Positions 36,052 to 45,652 of a DNA stretch of 61,943 nt are shown piece after piece (position 1 is the stretch's first letter; the number at the start of each line of letters is the position of its first letter). The translations under genes and the position numbers were made by a program. The stretch is from an uncultured Gammaproteobacteria bacterium (GTDB lineage Bacteria; Patescibacteriota; Patescibacteriia; Patescibacteriales; UBA12465). The DNA lies in the NCBI GenBank assembly GCA_964406935.1, contig CAYOTM010000003.1:1-61943 (forward strand), given 5' to 3'. Under the pieces are notes generated by a model. The model had not been told where the DNA came from. It was given only the letters and a program-made list of their open reading frames with translations, and did no database searches.

Positions 36052-36084
36052 AAAAATCACCTTCTGAATGTAGAGGTGATTTTT
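36052..36084. terminator. bidirectional terminator between the giant-protein operon and clpP
   Basis: AAAAATCACCT - 11-nt loop - AGGTGATTTTT. Confidence 0.75.
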
Positions 36085-36109
36085 ATTTAATATTAGATAA
36101 AATTTTTAT

Positions 36110-36688
36110 TTATTCTTTACTAATAATTTTATCAATTAAGCCATAAGATTTAGCTTCTTGGGCGGTCATAAAATAATCACGATCACTGTCTTTTTCAATG
36201 GTAGTAATTTTTTGGCCAGTATGGAGAGATAATAAGTTATTCATTTTATCTTTAATTTTTAAAATATGTTCAGCTCTAATTTTAATATCTGAAGCTTGCC
36301 CTTCAGCCCCGCCCATCACTTGATGAATCATAATCTCGCTATTTGGGAGAGCTAATCGTTTGCCTTTAGCCCCGGCTGCTAATAATAAAGAGCCCATTGA
36401 GGCGGCTAGGCCAACACAAATTGTTGAGACATCACATTTAACATATTGCATGGTGTCATAAATCGCTAAACCAGCGCTAACTGAGCCACCAGGCGAGTTA
36501 ATATAAAATTTAATATCACGATCTTTATCCTCAGCGGCTAAAAATAAGAATTGAGCAATAATAATATTAGCTACGCGATCATCAATTGCTTCACCTAAAA
36601 AAATAATCCGGTCTTTTAAGAGTCGAGAATAAATATCATAAGCTCGCTCGACTTGCCCATCCTTTTCAATTACTGTAGGAATTAACAT
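36110..36688 (-). CDS. clpP: ATP-dependent Clp protease proteolytic subunit
   Basis: 192 aa. Contains [18 protein letters not shown] (Ser) and MIHQ (His). Confidence 0.95.
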   Translation of the reverse strand: MLIPTVIEKDGQVERAYDIYSRLLKDRIIFLGEAIDDRVANIIIAQFLFLAAEDKDRDIKFYINSPGGSVSAGLAIYDTMQYVKCDVSTICVGLAASMGSLLLAAGAKGKRLALPNSEIMIHQVMGGAEGQASDIKIRAEHILKIKDKMNNLLSLHTGQKITTIEKDSDRDYFMTAQEAKSYGLIDKIISKE

Positions 36689-36740
36689 ATAATTATTAGT
36701 TAATTAATTTATTATTTATTATAAACCATTGCTTATAGAT

Positions 36741-36758
36741 TAGCAAAAATAGCAAAAA
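36741..36758. repeat. 9-bp direct tandem repeat in the clpP/secD divergent region
   Basis: TAGCAAAAA occurs twice (36741-36749, 36750-36758). A small ATCAAG-CCAT-CTTGAT hairpin plus T-run follows at 36760-36780. Confidence 0.8.
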
Positions 36759-36838
36759 TATCAAGCCATCTTGATTTTTTAACAACTTTGTTTTAAGATG
36801 GAAAAAGTTTAGTAGCCTTTTTATTATTGGTTAATTTT

Positions 36839-38740
36839 ATGTCTAAAAAAGTTTCACAATCTTGGCTTAATGCCAAAAGTCGTCGTTGGTTAATTTTATT
36901 ATCGGTAATTATTTTTGCCGGGATTGCTTTTGTTACAGCTGCCGATGGTGTCTATAATCAGACAGTTAGTAAAATTGCTAAGTCAACCAACAATTTAATT
37001 GTTTTACCTCAAGCTCCGGAACGTTCTTTTATTTTAGGTTTAGATCTCCAGGGTGGCACCCAGTTAATTTATGAAGCTAATGTCGAAAACATTCCGGAAG
37101 AAGATCGAATGAGTGCTCTTGAAGGAGTTCGCGACATTATTGAACGTCGCGTAAATGTGACTGGTGTTAGTGAGCCGGTAGTTCAAGTTAATCGGACGAT
37201 TGTTGGTGATTACCGAATTATTGCGGAGTTAGCGGGGATTAAAGATGTCAACGAAGCCATTCGAATTATTGGAGAAACCCCTATTTTAGAATTTAAAGAA
37301 CAAGACGAAGAGGCTCTCTCTTTAGAATTTGATCAAATTTCTGCAGAAGCTGATGCTAAGGCCTTAAATACTTCCAAAGAAGCTCTATCCTTAGCTCTTG
37401 GTGGAACAGCCCTAGAAGACTTAGCTAACAATAATTACTCTGAAGCAGTTTTTAATTCTGGCACCTGGTTAAAAGAAGCGGATGATGGCGAATTGTTTGC
37501 TGTTTTATCGGAATTAAATTCAGGCGATTTATTACCTGAATTATGGTTTGATTCTAATAGTTATCAAATTTTACAATTATTAGATAGTCGAGTTTCTAGT
37601 AACCCCTTTTTAGAAGACGATGCAACCAACAATGAAGCTAGCCCTGAAGAAACAGAATATTTAGTAGCTAGTCTGAGTTTTTCTCCTAACTTAGAGTTAC
37701 CAGCGATTGATTCCGAAATTGGTTGGAAGAATACTGAGTTGACTGGTAAAAATTTAAAACGAGCTAGCTTACAGTTTAATCCTAATGATGGCTCTCCAGA
37801 GGTATCTCTGGAATTTGATAGCGAAGGCAGTAGTCTATTTGCTGATATCACTGGTCGTAATATTGGTCAACCAGTAGCGATTTTCTTAGATGGTTATCCA
37901 ATTAGTGTCCCAACTGTTAATGAGTCAATTCCTGATGGTCAAGCAATCATCTCGGGACAATTTAATGTTGAAGAAGCTAGATTGCTAGTTCAGCGCTTAA
38001 ATACCGGAGCTTTACCAGTTCCGATTACCTTAGTTGGTCAACAAACAGTAGGTGCTAGCTTGGGTCAAAAATCAATTAATAGTAGTTTAATTGCTGGTTT
38101 ATTTGGTTTTTTATTGGTTTCTTTGTTTATGTTATTTTATTATCGCTTGCCTGGATTATTAGCGGTAGTTTCATTAGCTACCTATGTTTTGGCGGTGATG
38201 ACTATTTTTAAAGTCATGCCCCTTGCTTTAGCTTTAGTTTTTATTATTTTATTAATCTCCTTATTTACTTTGGTTTTTAATGAATTAAAAATATTTGATG
38301 GTTTAATATCAATTGCTTTATTTTTTGTAGTGATTGTTTTTTTAGTTTATTATGCCATTAATCCGGTTACCTTAACATTGGCTGGCATTACCGGATTCAT
38401 TTTATCAATTGGAATGGCCGTTGATGCTAATATTTTAATTTTTGAACGAATGCGGGAAGAATTGAAGAGTGGTAAACCCTTAGGAGCAGCTATTGATGAG
38501 GGTTTCCGTCGTGCTTGGCCATCAATTAGAGACGGGAACATCACTACCATTTTAGTTTGTTTTGTCCTAATGACTTTTGGTACTGGATTAGTTAAAGGAT
38601 TTGGAGCGACTTTATTTATTGGAGTGTCTATTTCTATGTTTAGTAGTATTGTGATTACTCGAATTTTGCTCCGTTTTAGCAAGGGAGCTTGGCTAGAAAA
38701 GTATCCTTGGCTTTTAGGTTTGTCTCGTAAAAATAGTTAA
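36839..38740 (+). CDS. secD: protein translocase subunit SecD
   Basis: N-terminal TM, a large periplasmic domain (GLDLQGG, VSEPVVQ) and a C-terminal 6-TM SecD/F core. I prefer the ATG at 36839 over the TTG at 36827. Confidence 0.9.
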   Translation: MSKKVSQSWLNAKSRRWLILLSVIIFAGIAFVTAADGVYNQTVSKIAKSTNNLIVLPQAPERSFILGLDLQGGTQLIYEANVENIPEEDRMSALEGVRDIIERRVNVTGVSEPVVQVNRTIVGDYRIIAELAGIKDVNEAIRIIGETPILEFKEQDEEALSLEFDQISAEADAKALNTSKEALSLALGGTALEDLANNNYSEAVFNSGTWLKEADDGELFAVLSELNSGDLLPELWFDSNSYQILQLLDSRVSSNPFLEDDATNNEASPEETEYLVASLSFSPNLELPAIDSEIGWKNTELTGKNLKRASLQFNPNDGSPEVSLEFDSEGSSLFADITGRNIGQPVAIFLDGYPISVPTVNESIPDGQAIISGQFNVEEARLLVQRLNTGALPVPITLVGQQTVGASLGQKSINSSLIAGLFGFLLVSLFMLFYYRLPGLLAVVSLATYVLAVMTIFKVMPLALALVFIILLISLFTLVFNELKIFDGLISIALFFVVIVFLVYYAINPVTLTLAGITGFILSIGMAVDANILIFERMREELKSGKPLGAAIDEGFRRAWPSIRDGNITTILVCFVLMTFGTGLVKGFGATLFIGVSISMFSSIVITRILLRFSKGAWLEKYPWLLGLSRKNS

Positions 38741-38759
38741 ATTATTAACCCTGATATTT

Positions 38760-39659
38760 ATGACTAAACTTAATGTTACTAAACATCGCCGTTTATGGCT
38801 TGGTTTATCAGCGGCCCTAGTTATTGCCTCCGTTATTTTATTAGCTACTTTAGGTTTAAAATTAGGCCTTGATTTTGTTGGTGGCAGTTTATTGGAGGTT
38901 AGGTTTGCTAATGAGCAACCAACCGTTACTAAGGTTTACGAAGTACTTGGTGATTTAAATTTAGGCAGCCTGGTGGTTCAACCGACCGATGAATCTTTAA
39001 TTATTCGTTTTAAAGAAATTGAAGAAACGACTCACCAAGAAGTGCTTACTAATTTAGCGGTTTTGTCTGAGGATCTAGGCGCTCTAGAGGAAATTCGTTT
39101 TGAATCCATTGGTCCCTCGGTTGGCCAAGAATTAAAAAGTAAATCTTTTTGGATATTTATTTTTGTTATTTTTATTATTATTATTTATATTGCCTTGGCC
39201 TTTCAAAAAGTATCCAAACCAATTGCTTCCTGGAAATATGGCCTAGTGGCTGTTTTTGCTTTATTTTATGATTTACTAATTACCCTAGGAGTGTTTGCTT
39301 TATTAGGCCATTTTTACGGAATTGAGGTAAACACTTCATTTATTGTCGCCCTTTTAATGGTTTTGGGATATAGCGTTAATGACACAATTGTAGTGTTTGA
39401 TCGTATTCGAGAAAATTTGCCTAAATCTGATACTACCTTTGAAGAAACGGTGGATGACAGCGTTAACCAAACTTTAGCCCGCTCAATTAACACTACTTTA
39501 ACAACCCTACTTGTTTTATTGGCCGTCTTCTTTTTTGGCGGAGAGACAATTCGGGATTTTGTGCTTGCCTTAATGATTGGTATTTTTTGCGGGGCTTATA
39601 GTTCTATTTTCCTCAGTAGCCTCTTGCTAACTGTTTTAAATCGCCGCTTATCTCGTTAA
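38760..39659 (+). CDS. secF: protein translocase subunit SecF
   Basis: GLDFVGGS, the C-terminal SecD/F TM core and YSVNDTIVVFDRIREN. Confidence 0.9.
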   Translation: MTKLNVTKHRRLWLGLSAALVIASVILLATLGLKLGLDFVGGSLLEVRFANEQPTVTKVYEVLGDLNLGSLVVQPTDESLIIRFKEIEETTHQEVLTNLAVLSEDLGALEEIRFESIGPSVGQELKSKSFWIFIFVIFIIIIYIALAFQKVSKPIASWKYGLVAVFALFYDLLITLGVFALLGHFYGIEVNTSFIVALLMVLGYSVNDTIVVFDRIRENLPKSDTTFEETVDDSVNQTLARSINTTLTTLLVLLAVFFFGGETIRDFVLALMIGIFCGAYSSIFLSSLLLTVLNRRLSR

Positions 39660-39677
39660 ATTATTCAAATTATTAAT

Positions 39678-39705
39678 AAAAGAGAGCTAATCAGAGCTCT
39701 CTTTT
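39678..39705 (+). terminator. rho-independent terminator after secF
   Basis: AAAAGAGAGCT-AATCAG-AGCTCTCTTTT. Confidence 0.8.
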
Positions 39706-39722
39706 TATGTTATAATTAGTGT

Positions 39723-42038
39723 ATGTTTAAGCGATTAATTAATTTTATTGACTACTTGCCCCTGGCTTTTATAGCGATTATGATCGTTGTTTTGCCGTTA
39801 ATTTTTTCCAGTAGCGCCCCAGCAGCTAATGTTTTTGAACTCTTTAAGGCCTTGTATTTTTATTTGTTTTTATTTGTTTTAATTTTATTTAGCTTAATAA
39901 AATACTTAGCCTTAGGGCCAGACAGGTATTTTCTCCCCCAATTATCTGCTGATAAAAAAACCTTATTACAAGTATTGATATACTTGATAATTGCGTTTTT
40001 TTTACTCCTGGGTTTTAATAGCTTGGTTTTAAGCGGAGATTTTATTCAGTCAATTTTTGGAAGTTATGCCCGTCAACAGGGTTTAACAATTTACTTAGCT
40101 TATTTTATCACCTTTTTTTTAGTCGCTTATCAATTAGCAATTACTGGTCGTCAATTTAATTATCAACAAAGATTTGCGACTAATTTTAGGATTTTAATAG
40201 TAGCAGCTAGTTTGGCGGGCTTACTGGTTAGCCTATATGGATTTTTACAATATTTTGGTTTTGATAGCTACCATTGGCAAGAGCCAGTGATGGCTGATCG
40301 AATTATTTCTAGCTTAGGACAGCCTAATCTTTTAGCCTCTTTTCTTTTACTGACAATAGGAGCTAGCTTGGCTGCCTATTTTTTTAGCCGTCAGGTTTAT
40401 TGGCGCTTATTTTTTCTTGTTAATATTCTTAGTCAGACTCTCGCTATTTATTTTAGTGCTTCTCGGGCTGCTTGGTTGGCCGGCGTCTTAGTTTTAATTG
40501 TTTTTATTTTCTTAGCGATTAAGCGACGTTTTAAAAAATATTTCTTATTGTTAATTTTTGGCTTATTTATTGCCGGTTTATTTTTAATTAGGTCCCCTAT
40601 TTTACCTGACAATCGCTTAACTAGTTCACTGGACATTAGTCGCGGCAGTTCAGCTGCTCGTTTATATTTTTATCAAGCTGCTTGGCAGTCTGTGCGCGAG
40701 CGCCCTCTTCTCGGCTACGGCCTAGAACAAGGGGGAAATGTGTTTGTTAAATTTTATCAGCCAGACTGGGCTTTGTTTATTCAAGTTAACGACTATCCTG
40801 ATCGAGCTCATAATTTATTACTCGATATTTTATTAAATTTTGGTTTATTGGGCCTGTTATTTCATGCTAGTTTATGGCTATTTATTATTATTTTATTTTT
40901 TGAAGCGATTCGTGATCCTAATTTTTATTGGCAGTTTTTAAGTTTATGGTTATTTTTAGTAAGTTATTTAATCTCCCTGGCCTTTGGTTTTTCTTCAGTA
41001 GCCAGTAATTTTTATTTAATAATTTTACTGGCAATATTTTTTGCTCATTTCTTATCTTCTGGTCGAAAAACTAATAATCGTTTACAATTATTATTATTGA
41101 ATTTACGACAGAAGATTTTTGCTAGTCGTCAAAATTTGTTTTTAAAAAATCAATCAACCTTATTAAAACGAATAATTCTTAGCCTGTTAATTATTTTAAA
41201 TATTGTTTTAATTATTAATTTCTGGTTATTTATTAAGACTAATATTCAGGCTGACCATTTATTTTTTCACTGCCAGCAACAAGCCCAATTAAAAATTGAA
41301 GATAATTTACGGTTTTGCTTTCAAGCGCTAGAAAAAGTTAGGAGCCCTATTCAAAAAAAACATTATCAAAATTTTACAATTCGTTATTTAATTGACCACC
41401 AACATTTGCTTGACCCTTCATTCCAGAAAATTAGTCTTAATTATTTACAACAAGTTTATCCGCAGTTAAATACTAAGGATTATAATTCTTTATTAATTAA
41501 GGCGAAAATTGCTTGTAGTTTGTTAGCTCCTGAAACTTGGTTATATTATGATCAGTTAATTTATTTCAGTCCCGCCCGTCCAATGGTTTATCAAGAAAGA
41601 GCGACTTGCTATTTAAGTCAAGCTAATTATTCAGAGGCGATTACTGATTATCGTCAAGCCCTTAGTTTATTGCCAGATGTTAACGATTCTCGTTTGAGTG
41701 AGCGTCATCAGAAAGAGTTACAATTTTATTATTATTTATTATTTTTTGGCCTTGGTCAGGCCCAGGCTGGCAATCAAGAATATGCCGCTGCAATTAATTC
41801 CTATCAATTAGCCTATCAGTATCATCCTGATAATTTTTATTTATTAGAAAACATAGGAAATATTTATTATTTATCTGGGGATTTATTATCAGCTCTTAAT
41901 TATTATCAAGAATTATTTGAACAGGAGCCCAATAATTCTCGCTGGCCACAAACTATTTCTTGGCTTTATCAAGAACTAGACAAGCCAGAGGAAGCTAATT
42001 TTTATCAAACAATCGTTGACAATTTATTAAATCCTTAA
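39723..42038 (+). CDS. Wzy_C (O-antigen ligase / O-oligosaccharyltransferase-like) membrane protein with C-terminal TPR repeats
   Basis: 771 aa. Polytopic N-terminal half with SASRAAWLAG and DRAHNLLLDILLNFGLLGL. The C-terminal ~200 aa has TPR-like repeats (YSEAITDYRQAL, YAAAINSYQLAY, LLSALNYYQELF). Confidence 0.7.
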   Translation: MFKRLINFIDYLPLAFIAIMIVVLPLIFSSSAPAANVFELFKALYFYLFLFVLILFSLIKYLALGPDRYFLPQLSADKKTLLQVLIYLIIAFFLLLGFNSLVLSGDFIQSIFGSYARQQGLTIYLAYFITFFLVAYQLAITGRQFNYQQRFATNFRILIVAASLAGLLVSLYGFLQYFGFDSYHWQEPVMADRIISSLGQPNLLASFLLLTIGASLAAYFFSRQVYWRLFFLVNILSQTLAIYFSASRAAWLAGVLVLIVFIFLAIKRRFKKYFLLLIFGLFIAGLFLIRSPILPDNRLTSSLDISRGSSAARLYFYQAAWQSVRERPLLGYGLEQGGNVFVKFYQPDWALFIQVNDYPDRAHNLLLDILLNFGLLGLLFHASLWLFIIILFFEAIRDPNFYWQFLSLWLFLVSYLISLAFGFSSVASNFYLIILLAIFFAHFLSSGRKTNNRLQLLLLNLRQKIFASRQNLFLKNQSTLLKRIILSLLIILNIVLIINFWLFIKTNIQADHLFFHCQQQAQLKIEDNLRFCFQALEKVRSPIQKKHYQNFTIRYLIDHQHLLDPSFQKISLNYLQQVYPQLNTKDYNSLLIKAKIACSLLAPETWLYYDQLIYFSPARPMVYQERATCYLSQANYSEAITDYRQALSLLPDVNDSRLSERHQKELQFYYYLLFFGLGQAQAGNQEYAAAINSYQLAYQYHPDNFYLLENIGNIYYLSGDLLSALNYYQELFEQEPNNSRWPQTISWLYQELDKPEEANFYQTIVDNLLNP

Positions 42039-42044
42039 ATTTTT

Positions 42045-42860
42045 ATGTTAATCTTTGGTCTGGTTATTTTTTTAATTGGTCTGTCACTGGGTAGTTTTGC
42101 TAATGTTTTAGTGTGGCGTTTAGCGACTAAGCGTTCAATTTTAGGACGTTCAATTTGCCCCCAGTGTAACAAGCAAATCGCTTGGTATGATAATTTACCA
42201 ATTATTTCCTTTATTTTTTTAGGCGGTCATTGTCGATTTTGTCGGCAAAAAATTTCTTGGCAATATCCTCTAGTTGAACTATCAATCGCTATTTTATGGC
42301 TAATTGCTTGGTTTAAGGCCTTTGATTATCAATTAGTCTCTTTGGTTGATTTATGGCCCACCCTGGTTAACAGTGGGGTTATTTGGATGTTATTAAGAGA
42401 TTGGTTGGCCGGCTTTTTATTAGTTTTTATTTTAGTGTTTGATTGGCGATTTTTATTAATCCCGATTAATTTACTAGTTATTTTTGCCCCAATCTTTTGG
42501 TTATTCAATGTTTTAATTGGTCAAATTTGGTGGCAACCATTGCTTAGCGCTGGAATATTAGCGATTTTTTTTGGTTTACAGTTTGTAATTACTAAAGGCA
42601 AGGGCTTGGGAGAGGGTGATATTTGGTTAGGTGCTTTTTTGGGGTTTTTACTGTCTAGTTGGCCGGCAGTTTTAGCGGCAGTTTTTGTTGCTTATCTACT
42701 AGGATCATTAGTTGGTCTTATTTTAATGTTAATCAAGAAAAAACATTGGCATTCTCGTTTACCTTTAGGTACTTTTTTAGCTTTTGGGGCAATTTTAGCC
42801 ATTTTTTGGGCGGAAATAATTTGGTCTGCCTACTTTAATTTATTTGATTTTTTGGTTTAA
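42045..42860 (+). CDS. pilD: prepilin (type IV leader) peptidase, A24 family
   Basis: N-terminal CPQC...CRFC zinc motif, WYDNLPIISF, and the catalytic-Asp region GLGEGDIWLGAFLG. Confidence 0.85.
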   Translation: MLIFGLVIFLIGLSLGSFANVLVWRLATKRSILGRSICPQCNKQIAWYDNLPIISFIFLGGHCRFCRQKISWQYPLVELSIAILWLIAWFKAFDYQLVSLVDLWPTLVNSGVIWMLLRDWLAGFLLVFILVFDWRFLLIPINLLVIFAPIFWLFNVLIGQIWWQPLLSAGILAIFFGLQFVITKGKGLGEGDIWLGAFLGFLLSSWPAVLAAVFVAYLLGSLVGLILMLIKKKHWHSRLPLGTFLAFGAILAIFWAEIIWSAYFNLFDFLV

Positions 42861-42890
42861 TTTGAGAAATTTATCTTTTTGTTCTTGATA

Positions 42891-42919
42891 TTGTTAATAT
42901 CTGAAAAATTTACTATAAT
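42891..42919 (+). promoter_or_regulatory. candidate promoter for ftsA-ftsZ
   Basis: TTGTTA at 42891-42896, 17-nt spacer, TATAAT at 42914-42919. The palindrome GATATT-GTT-AATATC (42887-42901) overlaps the -35. Confidence 0.4.
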
Positions 42920-42997
42920 ATAATAAGAATTATAAAATCATCTTTAATTTTTTGTTTTTTGATTTTTTGATAAAAACAATATTTTTAATAATCGCTT

Positions 42998-44266
42998 ATG
43001 AAGGAAGATATTATTGCTGGGCTAGACATTGGTTCCACCTCAGTTAGGTTGGTTGTTGGGCAGATTAATTCTGAAATGCCTGGCACGTCATTACAAATTA
43101 TTGGGGCGGTATCTTCGCCAACGGCTGGCGTTAGTCGGGGCATGGTTAATAGCATCGAAGAAACTACTTCCTCAATTTCAGCTTGTTTGGAAAAAGCGGA
43201 AAGAATTATTGGTGTCCCAATTTCTAAGGTCTTTGTCAGTATTAATGACCCTAATGTTAAATGTGAACGCAGCAAAGGAGTGGTCGCGGTTAGTAAAAGC
43301 AATGGAGAAATTAGTGATGATGATGTGGCCAGGGCTATTGAAGCGGCTAAAGCGTTAGCAGTTCCAGTTAATTATGAAATTCTTCACATTATTCCTATTC
43401 GTTTTGGAGTTGATAATCAATTTGACGTTAAAGACCCAATTGGAATGAGCGGCATCCGCTTAGAAGTTGAAACTTTAATTGTTCACTGTTTAAGTACCCA
43501 AAAAAATAATTTAACTAAAGCAATTTATCGAACTGGTTTAGAGATTGATGACTTAATGTTGGCTCCTTTAGCGGCGGCTGAAGCGGTTTTGAGTCCTAAA
43601 CAAAAAGAATTAGGAGTTGTCTTGATTAATATGGGGTCTAACACCACTTCTTTAGCGGTTTATGAAGAACGCAACTTAATTCACGCCGCTGTTTTGCCAC
43701 TAGGATCAGAGTACATCACTAACGATATTGCCCTCGGTTTACGTTGTCCAATTAATTTAGCGGAAAGAATTAAACTGGAATATGGAAGCACCTTGCCAGA
43801 AAGTTTTCATAAAGATGATGAGGTTGATATTAGCCAATTAGCCGAAGAAGAAGAAATTAATGATGACATTAATGTTATTTCTCGTCGTTATGTAGCTGAA
43901 ATTATTGAGGCTCGCGTTGAAGAAATTTTAGAAAAAATTGATAATGAATTAAAAAAAATAGATCGCTCAGGGATGTTGCCTGCTGGCGCCGTGTTTACTG
44001 GAGCAGGGGCTCAGCTAACTGGCTTAATCGATACCGCTAAAAATAAACTACGGTTGCCTGCTTCAGTTGGAAGTGCTAAAAATGTCAGTGCGGTAATTGA
44101 TAAGGTTCGTCATCCTGAGTTTTTAACTGCTCTTGGTTTAGTGGTGGCGGGGATGAATCAAGATTTTGCTAATTCATCTAGTACAATGAAATTTAATTTG
44201 AATAATGCTTGGGGTAAAACTAAAAATTTTGTTGGCAAAGCATTAAAAAAAATTATTCCTAATTAA
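42998..44266 (+). CDS. ftsA: cell division protein FtsA
   Basis: Actin-fold motifs (GLDIGSTSVRLVVG, GVVLINMGSNTTSLAVY) directly upstream of ftsZ. Confidence 0.9.
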   Translation: MKEDIIAGLDIGSTSVRLVVGQINSEMPGTSLQIIGAVSSPTAGVSRGMVNSIEETTSSISACLEKAERIIGVPISKVFVSINDPNVKCERSKGVVAVSKSNGEISDDDVARAIEAAKALAVPVNYEILHIIPIRFGVDNQFDVKDPIGMSGIRLEVETLIVHCLSTQKNNLTKAIYRTGLEIDDLMLAPLAAAEAVLSPKQKELGVVLINMGSNTTSLAVYEERNLIHAAVLPLGSEYITNDIALGLRCPINLAERIKLEYGSTLPESFHKDDEVDISQLAEEEEINDDINVISRRYVAEIIEARVEEILEKIDNELKKIDRSGMLPAGAVFTGAGAQLTGLIDTAKNKLRLPASVGSAKNVSAVIDKVRHPEFLTALGLVVAGMNQDFANSSSTMKFNLNNAWGKTKNFVGKALKKIIPN

Positions 44267-44310
44267 AAACTGTCAATTATTTAAAATTGGCTTTATTTAT
44301 TTTATCTTTT

Positions 44311-45513
44311 ATGGCAGAAATAAAACCAGATATCGAAACTTTTGCCCGAATTAAAGTAGTTGGCGTTGGTGGTGGCGGTGGTAGTGCGATTAATCGAATG
44401 GTCGAACGGGGAATTAAGGGTGTAGAGTTTGTCGCTATCAATACAGATATTCAAGCTTTACACTATAGTTTAGCTAACGAAAAAATTCATATCGGGAAAA
44501 CCGCTACTAAGGGCTTAGGGGCGGGAATGAATCCTGATTTGGGCAAGGCAGCTGCCGAAGAATCACGTAATGAGATTAAAGAAGCTCTTCAGGGCTGCGA
44601 TATGGTTTTTGTAACTTGTGGTTTGGGTGGTGGCACCGGCTCAGGTGCTTCACCAATTGTTGCTCAGATTGCCCATGATTTGGGAGCTTTAACGGTGGCG
44701 GTGGTTACTAAGCCTTTCATGTTTGAGGGTGGTCAAAGAAAAAATATTGCCGACCGTTCTTTTGCTGAGCTCGCTGATAAAGTTGATACCATTATTACTA
44801 TCTCCAATGATAAATTATTGCAAGTAATTGATAAGCGGACTTCTTTATTAGAAGCTTTTAATATTGCTGATGATATTTTACGTCAAGGTGTTCAAGGAAT
44901 TGCTGAAATTATTACTGTTCCGGGAATTATTAACGCTGACTTCGCTGATGTTAAAGCTGTGATGTCGAATGCGGGTTCGGCTTTAATGGGCATTGGTCAG
45001 GCTAACGGTGAAAATAAGGCGGTGGAAGCTGCTAAGGCCGCTATCAACTCTAATTTACTTGATATGTCCATTGATGGTGCTCAGGGAATTGTGTTTACTA
45101 TTTCTGGTGGCCCAGACTTAAGTATGAGTGAAGTTAGTGAAGCCGCTAAAGTCATTACTGCCGCCGCCGATGAGGATGCTAAAATTATTTTTGGGGCAGT
45201 CATTGATGAACAAATGAAAGACCAGATTAAAATTACGGTTGTTGCCACCGGCTTTGATGGTAAAGGCAAGCCAAATTTAGATAATAATAAAACCTATACC
45301 CCCAATCCTTTTATTGAAAATGAAGTTAATAAAGAAAAAACTAGCGCTCCAACCTCTTTTTGGGGAGAAAAAAAATCAAAACTTTCTACTATTAAACAAA
45401 TTCCCTTAAAACCTTTAATTGAAAAAAAGACTAAACCCGAAGTAGCCGACAAAAAGGAAGAGGAGGAAGATGATTTAAGTGTTCCCGCCTTTATCCGGAA
45501 AAAAATGGGTTAA
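44311..45513 (+). CDS. ftsZ: cell division GTPase FtsZ
   Basis: GGGTGSGASP tubulin signature, NTD...AL, and the C-terminal DDLSVPAFIRKK peptide. I prefer the ATG at 44311 over the TTG at 44287. Confidence 0.97.
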   Translation: MAEIKPDIETFARIKVVGVGGGGGSAINRMVERGIKGVEFVAINTDIQALHYSLANEKIHIGKTATKGLGAGMNPDLGKAAAEESRNEIKEALQGCDMVFVTCGLGGGTGSGASPIVAQIAHDLGALTVAVVTKPFMFEGGQRKNIADRSFAELADKVDTIITISNDKLLQVIDKRTSLLEAFNIADDILRQGVQGIAEIITVPGIINADFADVKAVMSNAGSALMGIGQANGENKAVEAAKAAINSNLLDMSIDGAQGIVFTISGGPDLSMSEVSEAAKVITAAADEDAKIIFGAVIDEQMKDQIKITVVATGFDGKGKPNLDNNKTYTPNPFIENEVNKEKTSAPTSFWGEKKSKLSTIKQIPLKPLIEKKTKPEVADKKEEEEDDLSVPAFIRKKMG

Positions 45514-45533
45514 ATTATAAAATAGTTTGATTT

Positions 45534-45562
45534 AAAACCGTAACCGAGGGTTACGGTTTTTT
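45534..45562 (+). terminator. rho-independent terminator after ftsZ
   Basis: CCGTAACC-GAG-GGTTACGG flanked by AAAA and TTTTTT. Confidence 0.85.
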
Positions 45563-45616
45563 AATTACCTGTGGATAAGTTTTAAAAGTTAATATTTTAT
45601 TGTAAAATTAGCTTAA

Positions 45617-45645
45617 TTGACCCTAGGGTAAAAATTTGCTAAAAT
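45617..45645 (+). promoter_or_regulatory. sigma70-type promoter of the nrdR-nrdD-nrdG cluster
   Basis: TTGACC at 45617-45622, a 17-nt spacer ending in TGC, and TAAAAT at 45640-45645. Confidence 0.55.
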
Positions 45646-45652
45646 TAAATAT

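Noticed and set aside
36741-36758. CtsR operator upstream of clpP
   Set aside because: The CtsR consensus is a GGTCAAA heptad repeated with a 10-bp period. Here the unit is TAGCAAAAA with a 9-bp period. The element is kept only as an unexplained repeat.
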